A stretch of 64,000 nt of DNA from a candidate division WWE3 bacterium (GTDB lineage: Bacteria; Patescibacteriota; 4484-211; GCA-002791395): contig JAAXWF010000001.1 of the NCBI GenBank assembly GCA_013335095.1, positions 214,797 to 278,796 of the forward strand, read 5' to 3'. The notes under the pieces were generated by a model. It did no database searches. It was not told where the DNA came from and worked only from the letters and a program-made list of their open reading frames with translations. Shown here in pieces: positions 50,865-60,696 of the stretch. The translations under genes and the position numbers were made by a program. The stretch's first letter is position 1, and each line of letters opens with the position of its first letter.

Positions 50865-51437
50865 ATGACAGCATTGCAGCCATTTGCCACATTTTTATAT
50901 GACGAAGATCAGATACGATCAATCCAGTTCGCTACGCAACAGAACGATGAAGTAATTAAGCTCTTTGTTCGAAGAGACGGCATAACAAACGTACCGTGGA
51001 TTGCCCTAACGGTACTGCTCCTATTACTACCTCAAATATTGACCTCAATATCCGGAGCAAACGATTTTGTTGGTTTACAGGGATTAATAGATTCGCTGTC
51101 ACCTGCCGAAATACTGTTCTCTTGTTTCTTATATTACTTAGTAGTCATGTACTATGCCTTCCTTCGATTTTTAGAATGGTATTTCACTGTATTAATTGCA
51201 ACGAACAAACGAATTCTCGATTTTGACTATAATCCTCCTTTTTTTAGGGAAACCACCCAAGCCCAATTGAGGGATATCCAAGACGTCAGCCATACCCAAT
51301 CTGGTATCTTTGCGATTATATTCAATTACGGCACGGTGCATCTGCAAACTGCAGGAACTCGGCAAAACATCTCATTGTCCCAGGTACCAAATCCACACCA
51401 AGTCCATAATATTCTTATTAATCTATTAAAAAAATGA
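50865..51437 (+). CDS. bacterial PH-domain (bPH_2) membrane protein
   Basis: Two TMs then ATNKRI, IQDVS..QSG, FNYGTVHLQTAG, VPNP. Confidence 0.82.
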   Translation: MTALQPFATFLYDEDQIRSIQFATQQNDEVIKLFVRRDGITNVPWIALTVLLLLLPQILTSISGANDFVGLQGLIDSLSPAEILFSCFLYYLVVMYYAFLRFLEWYFTVLIATNKRILDFDYNPPFFRETTQAQLRDIQDVSHTQSGIFAIIFNYGTVHLQTAGTRQNISLSQVPNPHQVHNILINLLKK

Positions 51438-51688
51438 ACTCAATTAATGACCTAACCACAATTAGCCCGTTCGATATTATTAATGACACTTACATATTTT
51501 TTATTATCGTGGGAGTAATACTCTTAACACTATTCGCGGTTGTAAGCTATCGAAATGTATTGCTATTGAATCAAACGATTCGAACAAACATCTCCCCAAT
51601 TATTAACTTTATCGGGTTGTTGTTTTTACTGTCATCCATTGGTACACTTTTCCTAACACTCACCCAATGGATCAAACTGTCAGCTTAA
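51434..51688 (+). CDS. small two-TM membrane protein
   Basis: Two hydrophobic helices; 4-nt overlap with upstream gene. Confidence 0.65.
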   Translation: MNSINDLTTISPFDIINDTYIFFIIVGVILLTLFAVVSYRNVLLLNQTIRTNISPIINFIGLLFLLSSIGTLFLTLTQWIKLSA

Positions 51689-53397
51689 TACAAAAAAAAA
51701 TACTTCAATCTAGAGATAACTCCGATCAATTTGCTGATATCTACTATCATGCCCCACTTTCGGCTGAGGACCGGGATCATAAAGGTGCGATTATTGTGCA
51801 TATCAGCCTCCATAAGTTATTTCCTGTTGAAAACAAACCAGTTGATTTACCCAAGTTATGTCAGGAGTTATTTATCGTTATTCAAGAGGCGTACTACCAC
51901 AATAATGATACTGGGAGCCCCCTTGAGGCCTTAGAACATGCACTTCAGATGGCGCAAGAAAAAGCCATTCTTCAAACTGAAAAATCCGTACAAGGACTAT
52001 TTGGTGCATTGGCGGTTTGGGGTAAAACCATGATTTACGCGAATCCCGATAATACTTTTATTGGCATACGTCGCAACCATGAATTTATCGAATTAGATCA
52101 AGATCCCTATGGAAATGAGGTCTTAAAAGATGATGATCTAATAATTTTGGCTACTTCGGTTCTAAAAAATTACCATATCGAACCACTTTTACGGGATAAA
52201 CAGGAGCTAAATAATACCGATTTTGCCGAAGAAATGACTCATGTTAATTCTGAATCCTTAGCAGAAAAGGATGCCCCCGCGGTTGGGTACACCGTCCATA
52301 TTCAAATAGATCGAGTTCCGGGCGATGAAGAAATAATCGAAATTCAGCTCCCCCCTCGTGAAGATACTGTGTCTAATAAGAAATCCCCCGTAGATCTGAT
52401 GAAATTCTCTAAGAAAAATCAAACCGAAAAGCAAGATTCAAAGAAACACCTGGACGATCCGGCGATTTACCTAAGACCTTCAAAGCCCAAAAAGAAAAGG
52501 ACTATATTGTTTTTCTTGATCTTACTTATCTTGTTAATCGCGAGCATATATTTTTCCTACCGTTACAATCAACAACATGAGCAACAAAAGCAGCTTGAAC
52601 AAACATTAGAAAAGGGCCAGCAACAATTAGACAGAGCCCAGCAACTCGCATCCTTAAATCCCAAAGAATCCGAAGCATTGCTTGATGAAACGACCTCATT
52701 ATTAGGCCAAGTAAAAGGGGTAAAGCAGGATATTGATCAAAAGGCTAATGCACTTCAGGATCAAGCGGTGGAGATTCGCCGTTCAATATATAAAACCCAA
52801 GAAATAACTCCGCAATTAACCGACCTTTCTGAGGGAGCAGCAAAAAGAGCATACTCGATGAATAGCCGAACTGTAATTAATTCTCTCGGAACCGTAACCC
52901 TTCAAGACTCAAGTGAATGGCAAAATCCGATTGAAGTCGATACATATTCTGAAAACATTTATGTCTTAGACCCAGCGGCATCAGCACTGTGGAAGTATAT
53001 AAACGTCGGAGGACGCTATGCGGCCGCAAGTAATTACTTCCGTCAATCTCCGAATATCCAGGGAGCAATTGATGTGAGCATAGATGGCTCGGTTTACGTG
53101 CTTTATCCAGATAAATTAGAGCGATATACATTAGGAGTCCGCGATGACTTCAAGCTTAGCGGAATATATCCCGACTTGAGTTCCACCTCACGAATAGCGG
53201 TTGAACCAGATAGCAAGTCTTTGTTTATTAGCAGCAATAATAGAATCCTGGTTTTTGGCGAAGATGGTCGTTACCAACGACTCCTAGTAAGTGATTCGTT
53301 GGACGTCATTTCTGATCTTATTAGTACCGATAAAGGTACGGCACTGTGGATAAAAGATTCTCATGGGTGGTGGAAGGTTAACCCCTCGCAAAAGTAA
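51667..53397 (+). CDS. single-pass protein: degenerate PP2C-like N-domain, TM, helical stalk, beta-propeller-like C-domain
   Basis: LKDDDLIILAT-type segment, TM at ~aa 279-298, IYVLDP/WKY/IDGSVYVL blades. Confidence 0.65.
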   Translation: MDQTVSLIQKKILQSRDNSDQFADIYYHAPLSAEDRDHKGAIIVHISLHKLFPVENKPVDLPKLCQELFIVIQEAYYHNNDTGSPLEALEHALQMAQEKAILQTEKSVQGLFGALAVWGKTMIYANPDNTFIGIRRNHEFIELDQDPYGNEVLKDDDLIILATSVLKNYHIEPLLRDKQELNNTDFAEEMTHVNSESLAEKDAPAVGYTVHIQIDRVPGDEEIIEIQLPPREDTVSNKKSPVDLMKFSKKNQTEKQDSKKHLDDPAIYLRPSKPKKKRTILFFLILLILLIASIYFSYRYNQQHEQQKQLEQTLEKGQQQLDRAQQLASLNPKESEALLDETTSLLGQVKGVKQDIDQKANALQDQAVEIRRSIYKTQEITPQLTDLSEGAAKRAYSMNSRTVINSLGTVTLQDSSEWQNPIEVDTYSENIYVLDPAASALWKYINVGGRYAAASNYFRQSPNIQGAIDVSIDGSVYVLYPDKLERYTLGVRDDFKLSGIYPDLSSTSRIAVEPDSKSLFISSNNRILVFGEDGRYQRLLVSDSLDVISDLISTDKGTALWIKDSHGWWKVNPSQK

Positions 53398-54088
53398 ACG
53401 CATACACGTGAGTTACGTTCTTAGTCTGCTTTAATAGCCTGGCAGCCTCTCGTAAAGTGCTTCCGGTAGTAAAAACATCATCAACCAACAGCACTTTTGA
53501 TGGTAAATTCTTACGATAATGCGGATTTAGTCGAAATGCATTTTGTACATTCTGATGGCGGTCTTTTCGGGACATCTGGCTCTGAGGTTGACTGAATGAT
53601 GTCCTTTTTAGTAGGTTCGACTCCATAGGGATGTTGAAAATAGAAGAAATAATTCCCCCGATCTCTTCAGCCTGATTGAATCCACGCATTCGATAACGAA
53701 AAGGATGCAATGGAACCGGAATAACGACGCAGTCACTCCACCACGGGCACTCGATATCTATTGATGAAAAACGTGTTAGTTCTTCAATAACCTCTAACGC
53801 ACACCGTACTGCAGGATAAAACTTAATCTCACCAATCAGTGACGCAATTGGATCGTGATAATAACAAATGCTGTACAACTGATCGATTGGGCTTCGATAA
53901 CAACGTTCGTGGCGAAATCCCAGAACAGAATGCACGCCACATCGAGGACAATACTGTTCAGTAACGTAACCAACTTTTGACTTGCATTCATTACATAAAT
54001 AGCTTCCCCAATACCCGCATGCACTACACTGTTTTGGGAAAAGAATATTTAGAATGAAAAGGGCTATAGACCTGACCTTTTTTATCAT
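53378..54088 (-). CDS. comF: ComF family competence protein
   Basis: N-terminal CxxC pairs, PVPLH, RGFNQAE, LLVDDVFTTGST. Confidence 0.93.
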   Translation of the reverse strand: MIKKVRSIALFILNILFPKQCSACGYWGSYLCNECKSKVGYVTEQYCPRCGVHSVLGFRHERCYRSPIDQLYSICYYHDPIASLIGEIKFYPAVRCALEVIEELTRFSSIDIECPWWSDCVVIPVPLHPFRYRMRGFNQAEEIGGIISSIFNIPMESNLLKRTSFSQPQSQMSRKDRHQNVQNAFRLNPHYRKNLPSKVLLVDDVFTTGSTLREAARLLKQTKNVTHVYAFTFARG

Positions 54089-54147
54089 AATTGTTTACAT
54101 ATATTTTACTATATAAGCCAATATTTAAACATGCTACAATATTATGT

Positions 54148-54600
54148 ATGTCTACAATAGCGATAAACCGTAAAGCCCATCATGATTTTTTCATTCTAGA
54201 AAGCTGGGAAGCTGGAATCCAATTAACTGGGGCAGAAGCAAAATCAGCAAAAGCTGGGCACTTACAAATCTCTGATAGCTTTGCCAAGATTTCAAGTGCT
54301 GGTGAGATATATTTATACAATTGCTACATTGCTCCGTATAAACCTGCTGCCGATAAAGAATATCAACCGTATAGGGCTCGCAGATTACTCCTCCATAAGG
54401 ATCAAATATCACAATTAATCATTCGGATGCGGGGCGAACACATCACTGTTGTACCGATAAAAATATATACCAATGAACGTGGATTGATAAAGTTAGAGCT
54501 AGGCATCGCTCAAGGAAAAAAGAAATACGATAAACGACAAGCCGAAAAAGAGAAAGCGGTCGATCGAAATATCGCTCAGACGTTGAAAAAGTTCAAATAA
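54148..54600 (+). CDS. smpB: SsrA-binding protein
   Basis: NRKAHHDF, EAGIQLTGAEAKS, RRLLLHK, GKKKYDKR; directly upstream of tmRNA. Confidence 0.97.
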   Translation: MSTIAINRKAHHDFFILESWEAGIQLTGAEAKSAKAGHLQISDSFAKISSAGEIYLYNCYIAPYKPAADKEYQPYRARRLLLHKDQISQLIIRMRGEHITVVPIKIYTNERGLIKLELGIAQGKKKYDKRQAEKEKAVDRNIAQTLKKFK

Positions 54601-54663
54601 TGTGGTAAATTTATGCACAAGTGATGTATAAACCGCATTATAGTGCATACATTCACCATTCAT

Positions 54664-54984
54664 GGGGATGCTCAGCATCGACAAAAGCATTTTTTACAAC
54701 TAGCAAGCCGAGTTTTGATTATCAACTCGCTAAACAAATAATCGCAAACAATAAATGGCGTTAATAATAGTTACGCTCCAGTCGCCTACGCTATTGCGTA
54801 AAGCCCTGGCATCGGCCTTTTCTTACTACTCCTGACAAGAGAGTTAACCGGTGTAATATTAGTCAGGAATCTTTATCATTGCACTTTTATCTTTATCCCG
54901 ATGGCTAAAATCGGGAAGAAAGCTTGTAAACTAGCTGTACACAAATCTTATTGGACGAGGGTGCAAATCCCTCCATCTCCACCA
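54664..54984 (+). ncRNA. ssrA: tmRNA
   Basis: 5' GGGGATG...TCGAC, 3' GAGGG-TGCAAAT-CCCTC-CATCTCC-ACCA with G3.U pair; tag frame 54757-54801 GVNNSYAPVAYAIA*. Confidence 0.95.
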
Positions 54985-54991
54985 TGATCAG

Positions 54992-55015
54992 AGCCACCCT
55001 AAAGGTGGCTTTTTT
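54992..55015 (+). terminator. intrinsic terminator after tmRNA
   Basis: AGCCACC-CTAAA-GGTGGCT-TTTTT. Confidence 0.85.
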
Positions 55016-55030
55016 CGTATAAATACCTTT

Positions 55031-56653
55031 TTAAGTGCGAGTTGTTTCGTTCATTAGATAAATAGCATTCTTGTATGACATTGCGGTAATCCAAATTCCA
55101 CCGTTCTCTCTGTTTTCCATATATGAATCAAGGATAGTCGATGAACCTGAATTTTTTCTTAGAATTTCTTCAAAGTACCCTCTTTTCCATCCCATGGAGA
55201 AAAAAATTACCCTATTGATTGGATGCTGGTTATTCAATTGTTCTAATTGCGGTAATAAGACTCGATAATCTCCCCACGAAGGACGAACCTCCCATATCAT
55301 TCTAAATAGTACTGGTTGGGACATAAATGATCCCATAGCTGTTTCGTGGGTAAACATATCATTTGTGAATGAATTTTCGGCGAATGCCAAAGTTAAGCCC
55401 CCCTGTTTATCGGAAAGAATAACGTCACCTGGTTTAAGTATTTGTTTTAAATGTTCCATTCCGTTCTGATAATTCTCTAAAGTGGTTGGAAATTCGGCTG
55501 TCGATACATAACCGTGATCACGAAAAAAGTTATTCGAAGCATAAACTCCTACCAAAACGGCATTAAATAAGATTGAAGATATAAGTATTCCAGCTCGAAT
55601 AAATGACCGATAAGAAGACTTATAATTCAAAATCCGATGCACGAGCGTTTCAAGACCAACAGAGACGATTAACACATATGGAATAAATAGATGCAAGATA
55701 TGACGAGTTCCCGAGTACGGATATAACGATAAAACACCCAACATAAGCGTAGCAAGTAATCCCCCATAGAACGAATATACGAAAACACGATTCGTAGATC
55801 TCCATAAAATCATACTTCCGTAGGCTAATCCGAGTGCTCCTACTACAAAAAACCCAATAGTTGGACCGGATAAATAACATAATATGGTGATTGAGTTACG
55901 GATAATTTCTATACATGAATGCGGAAAACCGTTAGCTAACCACCCTTGTGTAAAGCCGACATTAAAACTCGATCCATACAACCACTCATTATGACCGTTA
56001 TATAAAAATGCTATGACAATGACTGAAATGATTAGGATATAACCGGCTAAGGAGCCGTTGAGCCGGACCTTTTTTGCTGAACCGGATAAATGGTTCATCA
56101 TGAAAAAAAGTACCGGCAACACAATAGCATAGTGGGTTAAAACAGATAGAAAAGACAATGCGTAATACCCCCACAGCACAAGGAGTGATTTAGACTTCTG
56201 GTACTTCAAAAAGAGCCACCAACTTATAGATAAAAATACTAACGCCAAAGAATACTGCCGCAAAACTTGGGATTGCAATACGAGTCCAAGATTAAAGGTT
56301 GTCAGCCAGGCAGCGATTAATCCCACACGCTTGTTAAACCAATCACGACCCAACAAATACATCACCCAGATCAGCATAATTCCAGGAATTAATCCCAACA
56401 ACCTCAACCAGATGGGATGAGATCCGACCTTTAACAAAAAATGTAAAATGACGTACATCATTGGAGGATGAACCTCTAAGAAATTACGATTCAACACGTC
56501 AGAAAGAGTGTGTCCGCTTGAGATTCCGATACGTAATAAGTCGTCCGGAGAAAAGAAATAATAAGATAAATCAGATACCCGTATAAAGATACCTAAGATA
56601 CTTAGAAAACAGAGGTGTAAAAAAGACAAATTGATTGGTCGCCTAAATTCCAT
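55031..56653 (-). CDS. GT-C fold membrane glycosyltransferase (ArnT/PMT, GT39/GT83-like)
   Basis: Multi-TM; early DD, HPPMMY, LRL, GLIAA, SQVLRQY motifs; start set to MEFRR (SD AGGAG) to avoid lepA overlap. Confidence 0.8.
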   Translation of the reverse strand: MEFRRPINLSFLHLCFLSILGIFIRVSDLSYYFFSPDDLLRIGISSGHTLSDVLNRNFLEVHPPMMYVILHFLLKVGSHPIWLRLLGLIPGIMLIWVMYLLGRDWFNKRVGLIAAWLTTFNLGLVLQSQVLRQYSLALVFLSISWWLFLKYQKSKSLLVLWGYYALSFLSVLTHYAIVLPVLFFMMNHLSGSAKKVRLNGSLAGYILIISVIVIAFLYNGHNEWLYGSSFNVGFTQGWLANGFPHSCIEIIRNSITILCYLSGPTIGFFVVGALGLAYGSMILWRSTNRVFVYSFYGGLLATLMLGVLSLYPYSGTRHILHLFIPYVLIVSVGLETLVHRILNYKSSYRSFIRAGILISSILFNAVLVGVYASNNFFRDHGYVSTAEFPTTLENYQNGMEHLKQILKPGDVILSDKQGGLTLAFAENSFTNDMFTHETAMGSFMSQPVLFRMIWEVRPSWGDYRVLLPQLEQLNNQHPINRVIFFSMGWKRGYFEEILRKNSGSSTILDSYMENRENGGIWITAMSYKNAIYLMNETTRT

Positions 56654-56725
56654 TGAGACACTCCTATTGTACCCTGCATTGATGACTGCCCGACAATAGC
56701 CTATCTCTGATATCATCTTCATAGC

Positions 56726-58531
56726 ATGAATACCACACATATTCGCAATTTTTGTATTATCGCTCATATTGATCATGGAAAATCGACCTTGGCCGACCGC
56801 CTGCTTCAACGCACGGGCACTGTTTCTGACAGGGAGATGCAGGATCAATTCTTGGATAAGCTCGATTTAGAGAGGGAGAGGGGCATCACCATCAAGTTAC
56901 AAGCAGTGCGGATGGAGTGGAAAGACGCGATTAACGAGCAATACGTTTTAAACCTCATCGATACCCCAGGACATATCGATTTTTCGTATGAAGTAAACCG
57001 CGCCCTGGCTGCATGTGAAGGGGCACTGCTATTAGTCGATGCCAGCCAAGGAATACAAGCCCAAACGTTGGCGAACTACTTTAAAGCCGTTGAGGCAAAA
57101 CTTAAAATAATTCCCGTTGTAAACAAGATCGATTTACCTTCGGCAAGGCCAGAAGACGTTGCACTAGAGATTATTGAAACATTTGGTTTTGATCATGAGG
57201 ACATTATCTTTGCGAGCGGTAAAACGGGTGCTGGTGTCGATGAATTGCTCGAAGCAATAATTAAAAAGATACCCGCTCCCCTAGAATCGCAAAATAATAT
57301 ACCAAAAGCGTTAGTATTTGATAGTTATTATGATAGCCATCGCGGAGTGGTAGCAATGATTCGCGTAATTGAAGGAGAGTTGCATCATCAACCGATGTAT
57401 CTGGTTAATTCCCAACAAGATTTCAATCCAATAGAGATTGGTTATATGACGTCATCTCAGGTAAAAACAAAACAAATATTAACAGGAGAAGTTGGATATA
57501 TTGCGACCGGGTTAAAAGACATTGAGCGCGTACGTGTTGGTGCAACAATTACCCATGAAGAAAATTGGAATTCGGTGACACCTTTACCTGGATATCAAGA
57601 GCCAAAGCCGATGGTTTTTGCGAATCTGTTTCCAGTCGATGCCGATAAATTTAAGGAGCTACGGGAGTCGGTGCTTAAATATAAACTGACCGATGCTGCG
57701 TTCGTATATGAACCAATTCATTCCCAGGTATTAGGAGCTGGCTTTCGGTGTGGGTTTTTAGGGCTCTTACACTTAGAGGTTGTTCGGGAACGTATTGAGC
57801 AGGAATACAATATCGAAACGCAAGTAACGTCTCCTAATGTGTTGTATGAAATTGAGTTTCGCGATGGCAGAAAAGAAGCGCTCCAATCACCCGAAGATAT
57901 GCCCGATCCGAGTACGATCAGTAATATTTTCGAACCATGGTGTAAGGTAAAGATTTATACCCAAAAAGATTACATTGGTGATTTGATGAAGATATCCGAC
58001 CAACATCGTGGAGTGTTTATCGATATGAGCTACTTAGCCAGCGATAAAAGCGGATCTCGCGTTACCCTTGAGTATGATATGCCTCTTGCCGAAGTGATAA
58101 CGAACTTCTTTGATCAGGTTAAATCGGTTTCGGCTGGTTATGCATCGCTTGATTATGAGCTCACTGACTATCGTTTAGTCGATTTAGTACGCCTCGACTT
58201 GCTTTTAAACGGTGAAAGCCATGAAGCATTGGCACGATTGGTTGTCCGATCCCAGGCTCATGAGATCGGAAATAAATTGGTCAGTACACTCAAAGAGACG
58301 TTACCGCGACAACAGTTTGCCGTACCGATTCAGGCAGCCATAGGAGGAAAGATTATTGCCCGCGAAACATTATCGGCGGTCCGTAAAGATGTGACAGGAT
58401 ATTTATATGGTGGAGACCGAACCCGTAAAGATAAACTACTTAAAAAACAAGCCGAAGGTAAAAAACGTATGCAAGCTATGGGATCGGTTACGATTCCTCA
58501 CGATGTGTATAAACGTATAGTATCTCTTTAA
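56726..58531 (+). CDS. lepA: elongation factor 4 (LepA)
   Basis: IRNFCIIAHIDHGKSTLADR, GFLGLLH, YGGDRTRKDKLL. Confidence 0.98.
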   Translation: MNTTHIRNFCIIAHIDHGKSTLADRLLQRTGTVSDREMQDQFLDKLDLERERGITIKLQAVRMEWKDAINEQYVLNLIDTPGHIDFSYEVNRALAACEGALLLVDASQGIQAQTLANYFKAVEAKLKIIPVVNKIDLPSARPEDVALEIIETFGFDHEDIIFASGKTGAGVDELLEAIIKKIPAPLESQNNIPKALVFDSYYDSHRGVVAMIRVIEGELHHQPMYLVNSQQDFNPIEIGYMTSSQVKTKQILTGEVGYIATGLKDIERVRVGATITHEENWNSVTPLPGYQEPKPMVFANLFPVDADKFKELRESVLKYKLTDAAFVYEPIHSQVLGAGFRCGFLGLLHLEVVRERIEQEYNIETQVTSPNVLYEIEFRDGRKEALQSPEDMPDPSTISNIFEPWCKVKIYTQKDYIGDLMKISDQHRGVFIDMSYLASDKSGSRVTLEYDMPLAEVITNFFDQVKSVSAGYASLDYELTDYRLVDLVRLDLLLNGESHEALARLVVRSQAHEIGNKLVSTLKETLPRQQFAVPIQAAIGGKIIARETLSAVRKDVTGYLYGGDRTRKDKLLKKQAEGKKRMQAMGSVTIPHDVYKRIVSL

Positions 58532-58567
58532 AAAATCCCGAAGCGATAAGTCGCCCCGGGATCCTTT
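58530..58567. terminator. hairpin between converging lepA and 58584 gene
   Basis: ATCCCG..GCGA-TAAG-TCGC..CGGGAT with an A tract on the left (U tract on minus strand). Confidence 0.6.
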
Positions 58568-58583
58568 CAGTTTGCGAAATTTA

Positions 58584-59087
58584 CTATTCCTCTGGCGGAG
58601 AGGGTAGCATGTCGAGATCGGACCGCATCAGTCCGAGTACGATGTCTCGCTCCATCTGGCTGGCCCAACCGACCATGATAAGGAAGGCCAACCGCAGTCG
58701 GTAACGATCCAACGACTCAAGCGGATACAGATCAAGCAAGTGCTCGATCCGGTCGATCGGCCACTCTTCCCTGGAGGCAACCCCCTGAATTAGAAGTTGC
58801 ACCAGCAGGTACGAGACACCCAGTTGATCAGCGATCAACTGGCGGCGAAGACGACCGTGCGTAACCTCGAAGATATTGCGTACCCAAAGCGAGGCAGTGC
58901 GCCGTTCAGCATACTCAGGCGTACCCATCAGGGCCGCCCAACGCCGCACGACCTCGGTCATGCGGGATTCAAACTCCCGCTCCTCCTCGGTTTTCTCCGA
59001 AGCATTGATTTCGTCAATCTCTTGGTCGGTCAGACCGAGGTCTCGAAGTGCCTGCCGATCAGGGTCTTCCGCTGGTACCTGGGACAT
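58584..59087 (-). CDS. XRE-like HTH protein (paralog 1)
   Basis: RRQLIADQLGVSYLLVQLLIQG HTH pattern; SD AAGGAGG; GC-richer. Confidence 0.6.
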   Translation of the reverse strand: MSQVPAEDPDRQALRDLGLTDQEIDEINASEKTEEEREFESRMTEVVRRWAALMGTPEYAERRTASLWVRNIFEVTHGRLRRQLIADQLGVSYLLVQLLIQGVASREEWPIDRIEHLLDLYPLESLDRYRLRLAFLIMVGWASQMERDIVLGLMRSDLDMLPSPPEE

Positions 59088-59200
59088 ACAGCCCCTCCTT
59101 TGCATAGATTCCACCAAACTTAGCCCTTATATTTTACCACACCACTATAGGATGGTATAATTTAAATACAGTGTCTAAGGGGACTATCAAGGAGGATGCA

Positions 59201-59638
59201 ATGCATCCAAAGGACCTGCTCGGGTTGCTGGCAATGATATCGGTGGTGGTCGTAGTTTCGTGGGGCCGTTTTTCTAGCATCCCAACCGAAACCAACGTTG
59301 CCACAATCGATTGTCCGTCCGCAATGGAGCTCCCTGTGGGGAGCATGTGTGAGTCGAAAGGCGTACAGGCGGGCTCTGGCAGCCTAATCCAACTCGGTGG
59401 CTGGAAGTACGCCCAAGCCACATTCTTCGGCGGTGCCGCGCTTCGTCAAGCCGACAACATCCAGATAAAGGATACGGCTGGCAAAGTTACCGGGTCCGAC
59501 CGGCTGCTGAATGGCGTCTATACCATTCAGATCGGCAAGGGTGAGGCCCGTTTGGGTATCGACGATCCGATCACAACGGATCCCAAAGAGGTGAGCGTAC
59601 AGCTTACCCTCTTCCGCCCAACCGCCCCGGCCCCGTGA
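59201..59638 (+). CDS. small secreted/membrane-anchored hypothetical protein
   Basis: N-terminal hydrophobic segment; TG-n-TATAAT promoter (59155-59160), SD AAGGAGG, own terminator. Confidence 0.7.
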   Translation: MHPKDLLGLLAMISVVVVVSWGRFSSIPTETNVATIDCPSAMELPVGSMCESKGVQAGSGSLIQLGGWKYAQATFFGGAALRQADNIQIKDTAGKVTGSDRLLNGVYTIQIGKGEARLGIDDPITTDPKEVSVQLTLFRPTAPAP

Positions 59639-59643
59639 TAATG

Positions 59644-59682
59644 TCCCCTGGCGCGCACCACGCGCGTCAGGGGATTTTTTTT
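59644..59682 (+). terminator. intrinsic terminator
   Basis: TCCCCTGGCGCGC...GCGCGTCAGGGGA followed by T8. Confidence 0.88.
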
Positions 59683-59739
59683 CACCTCATATGATATGAT
59701 ACGACTATCGGCCGAATAGAGTTGCAAGGAGGTCACTTC

Positions 59740-60213
59740 ATGACCGAACCCCGGATACTTCCGTTTGAAGTAATTTTCTGCCCCCAATGTGGGCAAGAAA
59801 CCCCCAAAGTGGGGAATAAGTGCATGATGTGCGGGGCCGGGTTAGTAAAGTTCAAGTCAACCCCACCAACGCCTGAACTGGAATGGCTGACGGTCGCACC
59901 CGATGCCGATACCACCCTAATCTCATTGGAGTTATCCAAAAAGATTAGCCTAACCACGCCACCGATTCCAATCGAGCTAATCATCCAGGCCCTAGACCAG
60001 TTGGCAAAAATCAATCCCCAACACGTCCAGGTCCTCATTCGATGGTATGGACTGGATGGAAAACCACCCCGAACCTTGACCGAAATCGCCGCATCAGTTG
60101 GAAAAAAAATCGGCTATGCCAGCCGACTTCGGACACAAGGGACACGCAAAATTAGGCACCCAGAATATGGGCTGCAGCAGGCGATCAACGAGCTAGAAGG
60201 AGAAAAAGAATAA
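59740..60213 (+). CDS. Zn-ribbon protein fused to a lone sigma70 region 4 domain
   Basis: CPQC..CMMC; WYGLDGKPPRTLTEIA...RKIRHP resembles RpoD RFGL..G..RTLEEVG...RKLRHP; SD AAGGAGGT. Confidence 0.75.
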   Translation: MTEPRILPFEVIFCPQCGQETPKVGNKCMMCGAGLVKFKSTPPTPELEWLTVAPDADTTLISLELSKKISLTTPPIPIELIIQALDQLAKINPQHVQVLIRWYGLDGKPPRTLTEIAASVGKKIGYASRLRTQGTRKIRHPEYGLQQAINELEGEKE

Positions 60214-60219
60214 CAATAA

Positions 60220-60252
60220 AAGCCACGTATTCACTATCCGAATACGTGGCTT
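60220..60252. terminator. bidirectional terminator
   Basis: Perfect 13-bp stem AAGCCACGTATTC/GAATACGTGGCTT between converging genes. Confidence 0.85.
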
Positions 60253-60273
60253 ATTTAATATTGGCACCACAAC

Positions 60274-60696
60274 TTATCGCCCGGTGTTCCCGGTAACTCT
60301 GATCAACAGGCCAATTCGATCCGCATAAAGTCGAGAAACAAATAATTCCAGGTCTTCAGGATAATTTCCCAAAACACCCAGAATAACTGTTTCCAACCAC
60401 GCGCGATCATCGGTATCGATACCGAGAACGATAGCGAGTTGTTTTACCTTATCCAAACCGAACACTTGGGGCTTAATTAAGCCGCACTCTAAAAGGGAAT
60501 ATACGGATGCATCGATCTGCAGAGTATCGACTATTTCGGTGATGCTCAAACCACACAATAGTCTCCGCAAAACGATATATTGGGCGCATAACCAGTGTAC
60601 AAGCTCTTCTCCAATTCCTGGTCTCTGAGAAAAGAGCCGATCAACAAACGGGTTTTCAAGCGACATAGAAGTCGCATCCGATAATGGTGATGGCAT
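60274..60696 (-). CDS. XRE-like HTH protein (paralog 2)
   Basis: LRRLLCGLSITEIVDTLQIDASVYSLLECG; SD AAGGAG; start set to MPSPL. Confidence 0.7.
   Translation of the reverse strand: MPSPLSDATSMSLENPFVDRLFSQRPGIGEELVHWLCAQYIVLRRLLCGLSITEIVDTLQIDASVYSLLECGLIKPQVFGLDKVKQLAIVLGIDTDDRAWLETVILGVLGNYPEDLELFVSRLYADRIGLLIRVTGNTGR

Noticed and set aside
54985-56653. Genomic island integrated at the tmRNA 3' end
   Set aside because: Only one glycosyltransferase lies between tmRNA and lepA; no duplicated tmRNA end or integrase was found.
56654-56848. Apparent head-to-head overlap of the glycosyltransferase ORF with lepA (also 60719-60870 for tsaD and the XRE gene)
   Set aside because: Artefact of longest-ORF starts; downstream ATGs with SD or -10 signals remove the overlaps.
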